64,000 nt of DNA from Camelus ferus (lineage: Eukaryota). The position numbers were made by a program, and so were the translations under genes. Positions 25,950-38,770 of this stretch are shown here, piece after piece. Numbering within the stretch: the stretch's first letter is position 1; each line of letters begins with the position of its first letter. The notes under the pieces are model-generated. The model ran no database searches. It was not told the DNA's origin and was given only the letters and a program-made list of their open reading frames with translations. The stretch spans positions 109,370,001-109,434,000 of the forward strand of contig NC_045697.1 in the NCBI RefSeq assembly GCF_009834535.1. Direction: 5' to 3'.

Positions 25950-27100
25950 CCAAAGTTGATAAACCAACTTGAGGTCAAACTTTAGTTTCAACTTTTCAAA
26001 TTCCAGGAAAAAAACCTTGGTGCTATTTTTATTGTTGAGATTGTATTAAATGTATAAATTAACATAGAACTGGTAATCTTGATGATGAAACAGTCTATTC
26101 AAAAACAAAAGAATGTCTTTCCATTTGCTCAAACATACTTTTGTGTTTTTCCAATAGTTTTATAGTTAACTTCACGTAGAATTTTCAATTTTCTTAAGTT
26201 TATTCTTAAGTATTTTATTTTTTTGTTGTTGCCATTGTAAATGGAGTTTTCTCTTCCATCTTATTTTATTTATTTTATTGAAGTTTGGTCAGTGTACAAT
26301 GGTGTGTTAATTTCTGGTGTACCATCTTATTTTCTAACCAGTTATTATTTATGTATCTGAAGGCTATTGATTTAACATATTAACTTTACATCCTGCTATC
26401 TTCCTAAATTCTTTTTTGATTGAGTTTGTTTTATAATTAATTCTCTTAAGTTTTCTAGGTATCCTATCATGTCATTTTCACATAGAAATAGTTTTAATTC
26501 TTCTAACTGTTATGCTTCTAATTGTTTTCTCTTATCTAATTGCATTGGCTAATACCACTCTTAAAACTGTAGTGGAGATAGAGAGCATCTTTGTCTTGTT
26601 TCTGACCTTAGTAGGGATACCTTTGTAATTCTGCATTAAGTAGAAAGTTGGCTTTTTATAATATATAATTGGTAATGTTAAGGAAGTATTAATCTAGAAG
26701 TATTTTCTCAAGAATTTGTATAAGGAATGCTTCTTGAATTCATCAAAGGATTTTCCTCATCTATGTAGCTAAGCATATGATCTTTCTTTTAAAATCTACT
26801 AACGTGAATGACATTAATATACTTCCTAACACTCAATTATCCATACATTCCTGGCATACAACCTACTTGGCCATGGTGAATTATTCTCTTAATATGATGT
26901 TAGAGTTCATTAATAGTTTGTTTAGATTTTTTTGCATCAATTTTCATAAGTGAGTCTCATCTGTAATTTTTTCTTTATGTGCTATCTCTATAGATTTGGG
27001 TATCAATGTTTTACCTGCTTCTTTAAAAAGATTTGGAAATTTTATTTCATTTCATTTGCTCTGAAACAATTTACGTAACACTGCGACTACCTAGTCTCCA
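25950..27100 (-). mobile_element. Old L1M(E) ORF2 fragment
   Basis: T-rich antisense L1 text (gctattgattt..atcatgtcattt..gcatctttgtcttgtttctgacctta). Confidence 0.75.
26268..26321 (-). mobile_element. Very short young L1 3' end
   Basis: ttattgaagtttggtcagtgtacaat..tttctggtgta; TSD ccatcttatttt. Confidence 0.8.
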
Positions 27101-27639
27101 GAGATACTTCATTATAATTTTAAATAAGAATAAAAACAAAAATTGGATCATTCCATATATATGAATCAATGCTATTTTGTTTTCCATTTAAAAATTTGAA
27201 GTTTGTTCAGAAAGTTTGTTTTGCTTGCTATGTATTACTTCTTCATAGAGATGGACTAAGATTGATAGACATTTGGTTTGTTTTCAGTTGCATGCTATTT
27301 CAGAAAATATTTTTAAAGACCATTTCCAAACATACCTGCTTGCACATTTATGGGTGTTCTGAAGATGAATCCCTTGACAAAAGAAAAGAATCCCTATTCA
27401 TGAAGAAAGGATCTTGTAAAGAGAATATAAGAAACATAGGACAGAGCTGAATTTTATAGAAAAGAGGTTGAAGGGTAATGGCCTTGAGGGCTTTTTAACT
27501 TGCTTTTTCCATGGATTTTCTGAAATGAATTCTAAGTAATTCTTTATTAAAAAGATTTGTGAAAAATGAGCTGGGAGTCTTATTATCAAAAACAGATTTG
27601 TAAAAATTGCTGCCTTTTAGCTGGAATGTATTTTTGTTT

Positions 27640-27722
27640 TTATTATTTATTTATTTATTTTTAAATTGAAGTTTAGTCAGTTACAACGTGTCAATTTCTG
27701 GTGTACAGCACAATGTCCCAGT
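27640..27722 (-). mobile_element. Short young L1 3' end
   Basis: aattgaagtttagtcagttacaa..ctggtgtacagcacaatgtccca; TSD tagctggaatgtatt/tagttggaatttatt. Confidence 0.8.
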
Positions 27723-29184
27723 GCTGTAGTTGGAATTTATTAATGAAAAAAAATGTGTAATTAATGCTCAAGTGTCTTTAGGTTAAAGATTAGCTTTTAA
27801 TAGTTAAATCCCAACTGCTTTCTGAAAAACCTCTGTAAAATGTACCTGACCAATTTGCAGACTGGGTTTGATGCAGAAAAAGGGCGAGTTATTTTGTAAG
27901 CCCAAACTTGGAAGGTGTCATGTTTCTCATAACATTTTGAAAAGTAACTATGGGAACTTTTTACAAATTTAAATTGAACAGATGTGTGACTTTTTTCTGT
28001 CCAGTTGTGGTTGTTACCGTTGTACTTCCTGCTTACGTGTTTCCTGTGTTATGAGAGCTTTGGAGACCCACACCTGACTGAGTTTAACTTGCTTAGCCAG
28101 TTTCCATCCAAGCAGATTTGGTCTGATGCTGATGTCAACTGGAACAAATATTTTGCCTTTAAGGGCCCTAATACAATCAGTTTGTGTTTACAGGGACTGA
28201 AATGGTCTGCGTGTTTGTTTGTTTTTAACAGATAAAATATACTTTTAATGACAACAATTTCCTTAGTGGATCCAGAAAGATAACGTCTTTTTTGAAACGG
28301 TGTCAACATTTTGACATAGCACACCTTCAGGGAATAAAATATCTGGATATCAATATTATTTTGCATAACCATAACTGAAAGTATCTAAGAAGTTGCTTCA
28401 CTTTTCTCAAATGTGGACAGAAGATTTAGAAGCAGTGACAGCCATGTTATATTGCAGTGTTAACTATGTTCTAATAAGATCATTTAACGAGTAAGGTGGT
28501 AATGTGGGAACTAAATATATTTTGAAGGGTCGGATGACCTTCTCTCTACTAGAAAAAGGCTCCTTGAGGGCATGTTAATTTTTCATCTCTGTAGGCCCCA
28601 GAGCACCTCACGAAGTATTTGGCACAAAAGAATTACAGCTTCATAATCTCCTGCCTCAAATAGATTCTCAGCATTGCTTATCAACATTTTTACTTAAAGC
28701 TGTAACTGGCCTTATTCCAGAAAGGCTGTAAAGCAGCTGTTACTTTCAGTCAGCTTTTCCTGTCAGTCCCTAAAACTATTTCAAACATTTACCACCCAGG
28801 CCTCTGTACTCAGCCCAACTTTTCTCAATTTTCTCTATTTAAAAAAAAAAAAAAAATTAAATTTGAGCTCTTCAAGCATAAATCTCAACTCCCTAACCCC
28901 CCACCTCTAATTATTTCCACACCCATGCTTCTGTGGAGGCCAGCCTCTCTGCTATGTCCATGACCCAACTCCCTCCTGGCTGCTCCAAGACCTTCATCTT
29001 CCTCCTCTTCCTCTCCCTCCAGTGTCTTCACTCTTCCTTTCTGCTGTCTGGTCTTTTGTCACACCCCTACAGTGTTTCATCAGACTACATTGCCAGACAG
29101 AGCAAAGTAACGTTCCTCCCCTTGTATTCTGACCCCCTAGGGCTCGGCCAGGTTGCTCAGGTTGATTTTTGAACATTTTATTCA

Positions 29185-29385
29185 CATTCACTTTTTCTCC
29201 ATTTATTAAGACATTTGAACATTCATTTACTAATCTCATATTTGCCAGGCATTATATTAGATGTTGATGATACGAAGATAAATGAGTTCTATGGTTCTTT
29301 CCTCAAAGAATTCCAATTAAGTGAAGGAGGCAGACACACAAACAGGGGATGAGAAAACTGAAGAAGGCCAAGGCTAGGAGCCCAC
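29185..29385 (-). mobile_element. L2 3' fragment
   Basis: cattcattt..tgccaggcatt..tag.tg.tg..gatac.aagat.aat..ccctcaaagaattcc. Confidence 0.55.
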
Positions 29386-30369
29386 AGGGTGTTAAACGCG
29401 AATGTGGAAGAGGCGCACCGCTCACCGACCTAGACCCACACTCCTTAGGGTTTAGATCCATAGACAGAAAACCGACTCCGGGTGAGTCCACCTCTGGAAA
29501 TCACTCTCCCAATTCTTGATATTTGTTTAATAAATCCCTAGTGGGAAGCACCATTATATTTTAATAAGTAAACAGTCATTTTTAAATTCTAAGAAAAAAT
29601 ATATATATAATTTATTGCTATCCAAAATTTCTACAGACCATATGCTACTTTTTAATAAAGGAGGGAAATAACATATTTATAATTGCTTGTGTTTACTCAC
29701 ACACACAAAAAAACCCTGAAAGGATGCACAGGACACTTATTAGTCATGGTTATTTATGTGAAAGGGAGGGATTTTTCCTGTGCTTTTTATAAATTTTATT
29801 TTTGAACTATATTTTGCTTGTACAAAAAGTTGAATTACAACAAAGAAATCCTTAGAGGTCTCGGCACCATCTGGCCCCAGCTTTTCAATCTTATTTTCCA
29901 CTTCTCTGCAACATGAAACAAATCAAGCTGCTCTTGTCTCTTAATTAAAGAATCGTGAGGATGCAAGTTTTGCTCATCTGAGCCTTTCATCAGGCATGTC
30001 CTCTGTCTAAGCCCTGTTTCTACAAGGTGCAGCTCAAATCCAGCATCCCTCATGAGACCCTCTGTGATACTGCTCACAGTGACCTGTAAAGCCATTGCTG
30101 TCTGTAACAAGTGAAGGTATGTCCACTCACGTGGCACTGGCCACCGCAGCTCTTAACATTACCTAAATCATGTTCGTGTTTGGACGTCTTGTATCCATGA
30201 GATTCCCAGCTCATTCCTCCTTGCATCATCCACATATAAATAAAGCACTTAATATTTCTTGAATCAATTAATCCAGTCCCTTCACTGAGGAGGATAATTA
30301 CTGTCTTAATTAAAACCACTGAATGAAAATAAACAAGCTGTTGGAAGTGTTCCCTAAGTCCCTGGAAAT

Positions 30370-30580
30370 CTATGGATTTGGATCAAACAAACTTGAGTTC
30401 AAGTGCTGGCTCTCACTGTGGATTTAGCCAAAGTTACTTACTATCCCTTAAGCCTTTCTGCCCTGTTTCTGAAATGCAGATGAAACAACTGGCCTCTAAG
30501 ATGTTGAGTTTGTTTGGAGAATTAAGTGAAATAATGGAGACACAGCAATGAACACTGTGCTCTGTGCTCAGTAGGAGGTA
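30370..30580 (+). mobile_element. MIR SINE
   Basis: tttggatcaaaca.acttgagttcaag..aagttactta..gagaattaagtga.ataat. Confidence 0.65.
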
Positions 30581-32419
30581 GTCCTCTCATTCTGAACCTT
30601 TATAAAGGAAGTTCTTGCCAGAAGAAAATAACATCCTTAACTGCAAATACAGTGACAGGTTACTTTCACAGGCGCACTGCCTTCCAGGGCTGGACTCCAC
30701 CTGACCTCACCCTCACCCTGGAGCCCGTGCTGTGGCCCGTGGAGGAACCAACTTTCCATGCATCGCGCCCGCCTCCAAGCAGCCTCTGCGTTCAGGGCAT
30801 CCTCACGCCTCCCAAGACAAGGGAATCCCAGCTTAGAAATCGGGACACAAGCACTGTCCTACGTGGTGGTCAGGGTCTTCAGTAAAATTGCTGATGGGTT
30901 AATGGGCTTCTCTGGCCATATCTGGCGATCTGAGCTACCACATCTCAACTTGTTTCTATGGGAAACTATGTTCCAGCCTAACAACTGACTTAGAAATGAG
31001 GTATTGGAATGCAGCTTGTTCGGGGACTGTCTGTAGGTCAACGTTCATAACCTCATTGCCAGTGAAAAAGGAAACGACATTTATCCTGCTCTTACTGAAA
31101 CATACTACACACATATTTTGACAGCTATTTCTTGAGGACACCACCTAGCTAAACTGTTTAAAATAGCAGCCGCCTAAGCCCATCAGATTGAACGGATTTT
31201 CTGGGTCTAATTATATTTGTGCTTCTAACTCCAGCAGCTCTGCTGTGCTTGTTCGGTGTCTTCTAGACATTTTTAGAATGTCACATTTTTAAGGAAGGCA
31301 GGGGAGCGTTTCCTTTCGCAGCGCTCCTCTTGTGGTTACATAACACTGTGCTAAGGCGGCCGCTCCCTCCCGCCCTCCCTCCTGGAAGGCTTCCTGCCCT
31401 TGTATGGTCACTGCTCCACCGCAGTTCCCGGGAATGAGGCGAGCAAGTCCAACCTTATTAGGATCCAAGCTTAAAAGTTAAACAGCTCAGGGGCTAAGAT
31501 TAAGCATCTCCTGAAATCTAGTCGATACTATATGAATCAACCCCATGGGGCTGGGGACGAAATTATTAGATAGGAAGATAGGTGATCTGTGCGAGGTTGG
31601 TGTCCTAACCAAAAAAAAAAAAAAAAAAAAATTACTTATTCTGTTTTAAATTCATCCTAAGTCCTGAAAAGGCATTTAACTCTCCTCTGTTTCCATTTTG
31701 TGTAATTACCACAAAAAGCAGCAGGCACGTCTTTTCCTCCGTTTTCCTTCTCTTTCTTTGGTCCTTGTGTCGGTGGGCAAAAGCCACTTCCATGTCCTCT
31801 TTGCTATTTATTCCAGGTTTACACTCAATCCCTGTGTCACCCTTCCTTCTAAACTGGTTTCTCTAAGAGAGAGAAGAAAACTGCAGAATCAGGGAGGCTG
31901 TTAATTTTCTTCCGTCCCCTCGACAAAGCCAGTTCTCAAGAAGGCGAGTGCAAGCATTTAATCTATCACAGTAAAGCCTTAGTAAGATCCCCCAAGCCCC
32001 ACCCAGCCCACTTGCCCTGTTTTAAGGGATACTTGTAACTTTCTGAGAATTCTGGAAATTAAGCAAGCTGAAACTTTTTCTTACAAAAGAACTTGGAACA
32101 CCAGAGATCTCCAGTCCCCTAGGAAATGGCTCCTTTACACCATTCCCAGAGATGAAGGAGAGGTCTTGCCCTGAAACAGAAGTAGACCTAGGTGGTTACT
32201 CATTGCTCGGGGCTGTAATCAAGCTTTTCAGGGGCTGCTGGGGAGTAACTGTTCCGGGACCTTGCAAAAGTCCTCATAGAGAAACAGGTGGTTCCTAGTC
32301 TTAGGTATTCTGCAGCAGGGCAGATGAACCCCGGCAAGGATAGAGATTCCCTGAGGTGATGCTCTGGGGATCCTCCCAGGCTCCCTAACTCTTGGGAAGT
32401 AAATGTGGGAGTGACAGTT

Positions 32420-33610
32420 GGTACATTCATTCGTTCTTTTTTCAACAATACTGTGCCCTTATTAGGTGCTGGAGGTACAGTGGTAGACGAGTTTTCGTGA
32501 AGATGGTGGCCTAGTGTGGAAAACATAGAACAAAAATCTATACATACATCATAGCAACTCTACTAAGTACGATGGTGGAAAACTCAGGGTGTAAGAGAGT
32601 TTAACTGAGAGACAATTTGGACTGGGGAGAGATGGTGTGTGGGGAAGGGGGTGTCAGGGAAGAAAACAGCATTAAAACCAAAACCTACAGCTTTGTGGAG
32701 GCAGAGGGAACAGGAGTGTGACAATTTCCTGTGGCAAAAAACCTGGCTTCAGGGGAGTCAATGGGAAAGAGCCCCACGCCCAGGAAAGGGGAGAGGTGGC
32801 TGGGCAATCAGAAGGTGACAGACCCTTCAGGGTTTGTAGGAACTGTCACAGATTGTGGACTCTGCGGACGATGGGAATCCATTGAGTGGCTTCAGCAAAA
32901 GATTTAACCCAGTCAGATCTGGATTTTTCAAAATCACTCTGACTGCCGTGTAAAGCTGGGGTCACCAAACTTTTAAAATAGTGTCCCTCTACCAACAAAA
33001 CATTTAAAACCCACGTGCCAATGCAAGTATATTTGTTCTTACATCTTGTTATGTGTATTACAAAATACAGAAGAGGGAGGGTCTAGCTCAGTGCTGGAGC
33101 GCATGCTTAGAATGCATGAGGTCCTGGGTTCAATCCTCAGTACCTGAATTAAAAAAATAAATAGATAAAAAATCTAATTATCCACCCCAAAAGTAAATTA
33201 AAGAAACAAATAAATAAAATAACTTCAAAAATAAACAAAATACAGAAGAACAGTCATTTTTAAAGGACAAGTTGAAGTCCTAAGTTTTCATCCCACAGCC
33301 CACTGGCTCCTCCTGTGATCTCTGTAGCTGCAGGTCCCACTCGAGGGGCTCCTGGTGTGCGGTGTGGACGGAGAACAAGACTGGCCAAGGGGAGACGGGT
33401 TACTATAATAATCCAGGTCAGAGGTGCTGGGGGCTTGAATGAGGGCAGGGAAGGAGAGAAGTCAACAGATATTTAACATATTTTACAGGCTGAACAGAGG
33501 AGACTGAATGGCTGGTTGGATGGGATGGAGGGATGGAGGGGGAAGGGGCGGGAGGAAGCATATGATGTTAAAAGTGGTTCCCAGTTTCTGGTTCGAGTAA
33601 CTTCCCAAAT
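32420..33610 (-). mobile_element. Fragmented L2 (interrupted by a hAT-like fragment and a SINE)
   Basis: cattcattc..taggtgctggagg.acag..gggaatccattga..cagatctggattttt.aaaatcactctg.ctgc..ataatccaggt.agag.tg. Confidence 0.6.
33075..33234 (+). mobile_element. vic-1-like SINE (long-tail type)
   Basis: Perfect 15-bp TSD acaaaatacagaaga (33060-33074, 33235-33249). Confidence 0.9.
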
Positions 33611-33926
33611 GATGCTGTCAAATGACACTTGAAATACAACTGAATAAGAGAAGTCTGCCATTTACATTTTGGAAGAAAAAGTAAATTGAAGAACGCTTAC
33701 AGTCATTTTAGCTGTGTGTGTGTGTGTTTATTTTTGTGAGAAGGATTGCCTCTAGCCCTCAACTGTTCTGTTCTCAGCTTTTGTATCTCTAAGGGTAGGA
33801 AGTTCCAAGATTTAGAAATCTTAGACCCCACCTTTCTCTCTCTCTCCAGTATTGAATACAGGCTGGATTGTAAACCTTACCGGAATATTTTTATTGTTTG
33901 CAATTTCGATTGTGATATATATTTAA

Positions 33927-33958
<32 letters not shown>

Positions 33959-34034
33959 ATATATCACATATTAAATTATGTGTGTAAAAATTATAACTCC
34001 TCCTTTTTCCCACTGACCCATTTTATGACCCTTT

Positions 34035-34220
34035 TCTTTCTTTTCTTAAACTGAAGTATAGTCAGTTTACAATGTTGTGTCAATTTCTGGTGTACAGCAT
34101 CATGTTTCAGTCATACACATACAGGCATCTATTCATTTTCATACTCTTTTCCATTATAGGTTACTACAAGATGTTGAATATAGTTGCCTGTGCTCTACAG
34201 TAGAAACTTGTTTATCTACT
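34035..34220 (-). mobile_element. Young L1 3' end
   Basis: actgaagtatagtcagtttacaatgttgtgtcaatttctggtgtacagc..ttactacaagatgttgaatatagtt. Confidence 0.85.
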
Positions 34221-34708
34221 CATGACTTTTTCGTGGTCCATTTTCAGAACCACTTGAGTATTTCAGTCTGTAGTAAGTACACTGAAAATAAAGCTATTCA
34301 TGGATTTCCACAAAAATAAGAAGAATGGGAGGAGTTACCGTCGTTCTAATACGTAGCTGGCAGGCCTCTTCCGCACATGCCCGGAGAACTAGCTGGGCTC
34401 CCCTCGCTCACTCAGCCCCTGGCTCGGCTCGTATCTGTAGCCAAATGTCAGCTGCAGGTACTATTTTAAAAGCCCTTTAAAAAACCACGAGTACTTAGAG
34501 TTATTATGAGGCGCCAGAAGATAATGAATCTAGAACATTGGGTAAACTGCAGGTTCACGTACGAATGTACATTAACATCTGTGAAACAAAATTATTTTAA
34601 AGTGCTCCTGAAGTAGCGACTTATATGGAAACTGAATAAATCAATGTAAGAAATGTGAAAAGCTGTCCCAGCCACAGCTCTGTGCCACAATTAAAAGTTT
34701 GCTGCACA

Positions 34709-34793
34709 GAAGGGTAGTAGCTGAGTGGTAGAGCATGTGTTTAGCATGAATGGGGTCCCGGGTTCAATCCCCAGGACCTCCACTAAAAAAAAT
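34709..34793 (+). mobile_element. vic-1-like SINE
   Basis: tagctgagtggtagagcatg..gggttcaatcccc; TSD aagtttgctg/aagtctgctg. Confidence 0.85.
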
Positions 34794-35212
34794 AAGTCTG
34801 CTGAATGACTCCAAGTTTGGGGTATTTAGGATGGAAGCAAGATGATTTTCCTAGATGCATACTGAGTAAAAATAGGTATTCTATACCCTGTTAGATGTCC
34901 TTAATTACTTTTGCTTCACTTTTTAGTGAAAATAAATTAGTAAGCAAGCCAGAGCTGTGGGCCTGTTTGGTAGTCCTAAATTATAGGAGTATTATCTATA
35001 AACTTAGAAATGTCTTGCTAATTTTCTCCAGGAAAGAGAGTTTGAGTAACTCATGAACTAATTTTAGAGAAATGCAAATTTTTCGTCTATATATGCAAAT
35101 TTACATAAAGACTAGACAATTACTTAAAGTGAAGGGTGCTCTTTAATCAGTGAGGTAGCCAAAAATCATTTGTAACTATCACATTCAGTGCCGGTGTTCA
35201 AAAACTCCTGCC

Positions 35213-35765
35213 TACTATTTACAATAGCCAAGACATGGAAACAGCCCAAATGTCCATCAACAGATGACTGGATGAAGTAGATGTGGTACATATATACAAT
35301 GGAATACTACTCAGCCACAAAAAAGAATGAAATAATGCCATTTGCAGCAACATGGATGGACCTGGAGATCGTCATTCTAAGTGAAGTAAGCCAGAAAGAG
35401 AAAGAAAAATGCTATATGATATCACTTATCTGTGGAATCTAAAAAAAAGGTCACAAGTGAACTTATTATTTATAACTTAGATGACTGATTTCCTGAATGT
35501 GTGTAAGCACATTTGACTGTCCTTTATGACTGGATCACCGCATTCTGTTGATTCTTATTTTGTGGTTGGCTTTACTCCTTTGATAACTATGTAAGTTTAA
35601 AAAGCTGAAGCTCTAAACTGTTCTTAGAAACAATGGACAGTACATATATGTAGGTTAAAAACTTTGTGAAGTATATTGTATATACGAATTTACATGCAAT
35701 GTATTGTATATGTGCAGTCAAACTGTGTCAATTTTACCTAAGAAAACTGAAAAATGAAAAAAAAG
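35213..35765 (+). mobile_element. Young L1: ORF2 end plus alternative 3' UTR
   Basis: acaatagccaagacatggaaacagcccaaatgtccatc.. ORF2 end; 3' part matches reverse complement of 13833-14228. Confidence 0.9.
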
Positions 35766-37594
35766 TAATAAAGGAAAGTAAAAGCAGGCTTAAAAAAACA
35801 ACCCCTAAAAGCATGAAGGAAGGGGAGTAGCCAAAATATCTCGGCCAGAAATGAAGGGAAGACGTCCCTGCTATTAGAAGCAAACTCCTCTAAGAGCTGC
35901 CTGCCTAGGGGACTTCTTTGCAGCAGGTAATGTCTATGAACAGAGGACCAGCTGTACAAGCCCTTGATAGTTGGTAAGAGCCCAAAACTGTGGCACAATC
36001 TTGGGAAACAGGGTGAGGTTAAATTTCCCATGCTTCAGGATGGGATCTGAAATGGAAAAGAAGTTGAGGTAGAAAATAAAAACATATTTCTGCAGAAATG
36101 AGTTTGGGGACTGATATTTATAACCACTACAAAGGGCAAACTCTTTTTTGGTATAAGTGCGGCAATAAACTTCAGCTTAGCCTGTCTGAGCGCTGGTACA
36201 CGCCCCAGAACAGCAGGATGGGAAGGGGTGAGGGTTAACCACACCGGCACTCTAAAATGAAAAGATGCAGAAGGGGTTCTGGGGACCAAGTCAGAGTCAC
36301 TTAAACCGAGTCAAACCGGAGGAGACATAGAAGGTTGTATAGGGTTGGAATTTTTGGCAGGTAGCGAAGGCCCTGATGAGAATTTAGATTTCAGAAGCAA
36401 CTTACCCACTACAACTCTCTTTTATTTCTATTTTTCCAGAAGACACTATTGCTGTGAAAGAAGACCTATAACTCCAGGAAACAGTGGGAGGTAAGCGCTT
36501 CCCTAGGAATCTCTCTGAGTTGCCAGGAAGCACCAGGCAAGCTCACACGTACAGAATTTACCTCCCTCGCACCCTAGACGCCTGGTGGCAGGTGATCGCA
36601 GCCAGAAGGCAGCCCTGACTCCCTCCCCCACTGCCTGCCGTGTGCAAATGTGCCAGGAAGAACCACTGGGATTGCAAAGGCCAAGGAGGCTCTTGAAAGC
36701 AGCGAGTTGTGTTTGCTAGAGGAACGGCCTGCGGATACGTTGGGGGAAATGGAACTCAAGATGTGAAGACAGAGAGATGGGCAGTAGCAGGGTGACAGGG
36801 ACCAGCCCCTAAGAGGTGTCGAGAGAGAAGCAAAAGGGAAATAACAGGGAACCGAGCAGAGAAAGCATCGCCACCACAGGGGGATTTCTAATGGGAGGGG
36901 AAGTGAGAACCACAGAAATAGAAAGAGGAACTCGGGGACCAGAGGGCTTTATTTCCCAGCGTGCTCCCCACCCACATCCCCCGAAGATGCAACCACATTG
37001 GGGGAAAGAGACACAGGAAATGTCCCTCGCACCTTCGACCCTGATTTGGTGCTGGCTAAGCTGCCAGCTCTTTAAAAGGGCATTGCCACGTTGGAATGGA
37101 ATGAGGGATGTTCCCAGACTGGAATGTGGGTTGTTTGCAGGCAGAGAGGAATGACGTCCCCATCCAACTTTGATGCTCCTACTTAAAAAAGAAAAAAAAA
37201 ATTACAAACTGACACTTTTTATGTGGTGTTCATGAGGGAGAGAAGGAGAGAAAGAGGGTGGGAAATTAAGAGGAAAGCCTTGTCTTCCAAGAAGTTATTT
37301 TATCACGCATTTAATCAACTCTTGCTCGAAGATAATTATAAAAATAAATCGTGCACCTCTGCCTGTGTCAGGCAGCTTGCAAACTTCAGGTGCAGTTTGA
37401 GAGAGTCACTGTCATGTTCCCAGTTGTGATTCAAAAGATATTTATTAAGAGCTAAACCAAATTTATGAGCATAAACATTCAATCAGATCAGATGACTTTT
37501 TAATAAAATGTGAATATAACATTTTTATTCACATATTACGCTTAAGTAATGAATAGACTCCTTAAATACATCACAAGAATTTAACAATCAAACC

Positions 37595-37802
37595 TTTTTT
37601 CCAATCTTATTGAGATATAACTGACATATAACATTGTATAAGTTTAAGGTGTACGACACAATGATTTGATAAATGTATATACTGTGAAATGATTGCCACC
37701 ATAAATCTAGTTAACATCTGTCACCTCACAGGGTTATACATTTCTTGTCTTGTGATGAGGACTTTAAAGATCTACTCTCTTGGCAACATTCAAATAGACA
37801 AT
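37595..37802 (-). mobile_element. L1MA-like 3' end
   Basis: ttattgagatataactgacatataacattgtataagtttaaggtgtac..ctagttaacatc..aagatctactctctt.gcaa. Confidence 0.75.
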
Positions 37803-37994
37803 TTAAAAAAGGCATTTACTAAGATAAAACAAATTTACAAGTCTTGCCCTATGTTTTGGGAACCAGACATAGATTACATCAGGTTAAAATAGCTAGAAAA
37901 AAGAACTGTCACCAGATGAGGGCCTACACTTAAAAAAAGTTTTACATTGTGGTAAGTTGTACATAATGCCAAATTTACCATTTTAACCATTTTT

Positions 37995-38154
37995 TAAAAT
38001 TGAATTACAATGTGTCAGTCTCTGGTGTACAGAACAATGTCCCAGTCATGCGTATACACACTTATATTCATTTTCATATTTTTTTCAGTTAAAGGTTATT
38101 ACAAGATATTGAACATAGTTGCCTTATGTGGAATCTAAAAAAAAAGTAAAGGAG
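37995..38154 (-). mobile_element. Young L1 3' fragment with inverted 5' piece
   Basis: 15-bp TSD attttaaccattttt (37980-37994, 38155-38169); 38124-38154 is in the opposite orientation. Confidence 0.82.
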
Positions 38155-38482
38155 ATTTTAACCATTTTTAAGTGTGGCGTTCTGTACCACTCAGTACATT
38201 CGCATTCTTGTGTAACCATCACCACTGTCCACTTCCAGAGTTCCTTCATCTTCCCAAACTGAGACTCTCTACCTATTAAACAGTAACAGCCCCATCCTCC
38301 CGTCCCCCAGCCCCTGGCAGCCACACCACTCTGCTCTCTGGGTCTATGAGTTGACTGGTGTAGGCACTTCATGTAAGTGAAATCTGAGAGTGTTCTTTTG
38401 TGACTGGCTCACTTGATTTAGCATGATGTACATCCATGTCATAGTGAGTGTTAGAACTGTCTTCCGTTTTAAAACAATTTTT

Positions 38483-38770
38483 TTAAATTGAAGTACAGTC
38501 AGTTACAATGTGTCTATCTCTGGTGTACAGCACAATGTCCCAGTCATGCATATACATACATATATTCATTTTCATATTTTTTCCATTAAAGGTTATAACA
38601 AGATATTGAACATAGTTCCCTGTGCTATACAAAAGAAACTTTTTTAAAAAATCTTTTTTTATATACAGTGGCTAACATTTGTAAATCTCAAACTCCCAGA
38701 TTTATCCCCTCCCTCCCTCTTTCCCCAGTAACCATAGGATTGTTTACTAAGTCTGCAAGTCGGTTCTGTA
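38483..38770 (-). mobile_element. Young L1 3' end
   Basis: Homologous to 1920-2185; TSD aaaacaattttt (38471-38482, 38771-38782). Confidence 0.9.

Noticed and set aside
30880..31000. GREB1-like similarity (VVRLE..W.LR) in the candidate terminal exon
   Set aside because: Only five residues match and spacing to other motifs is inconsistent
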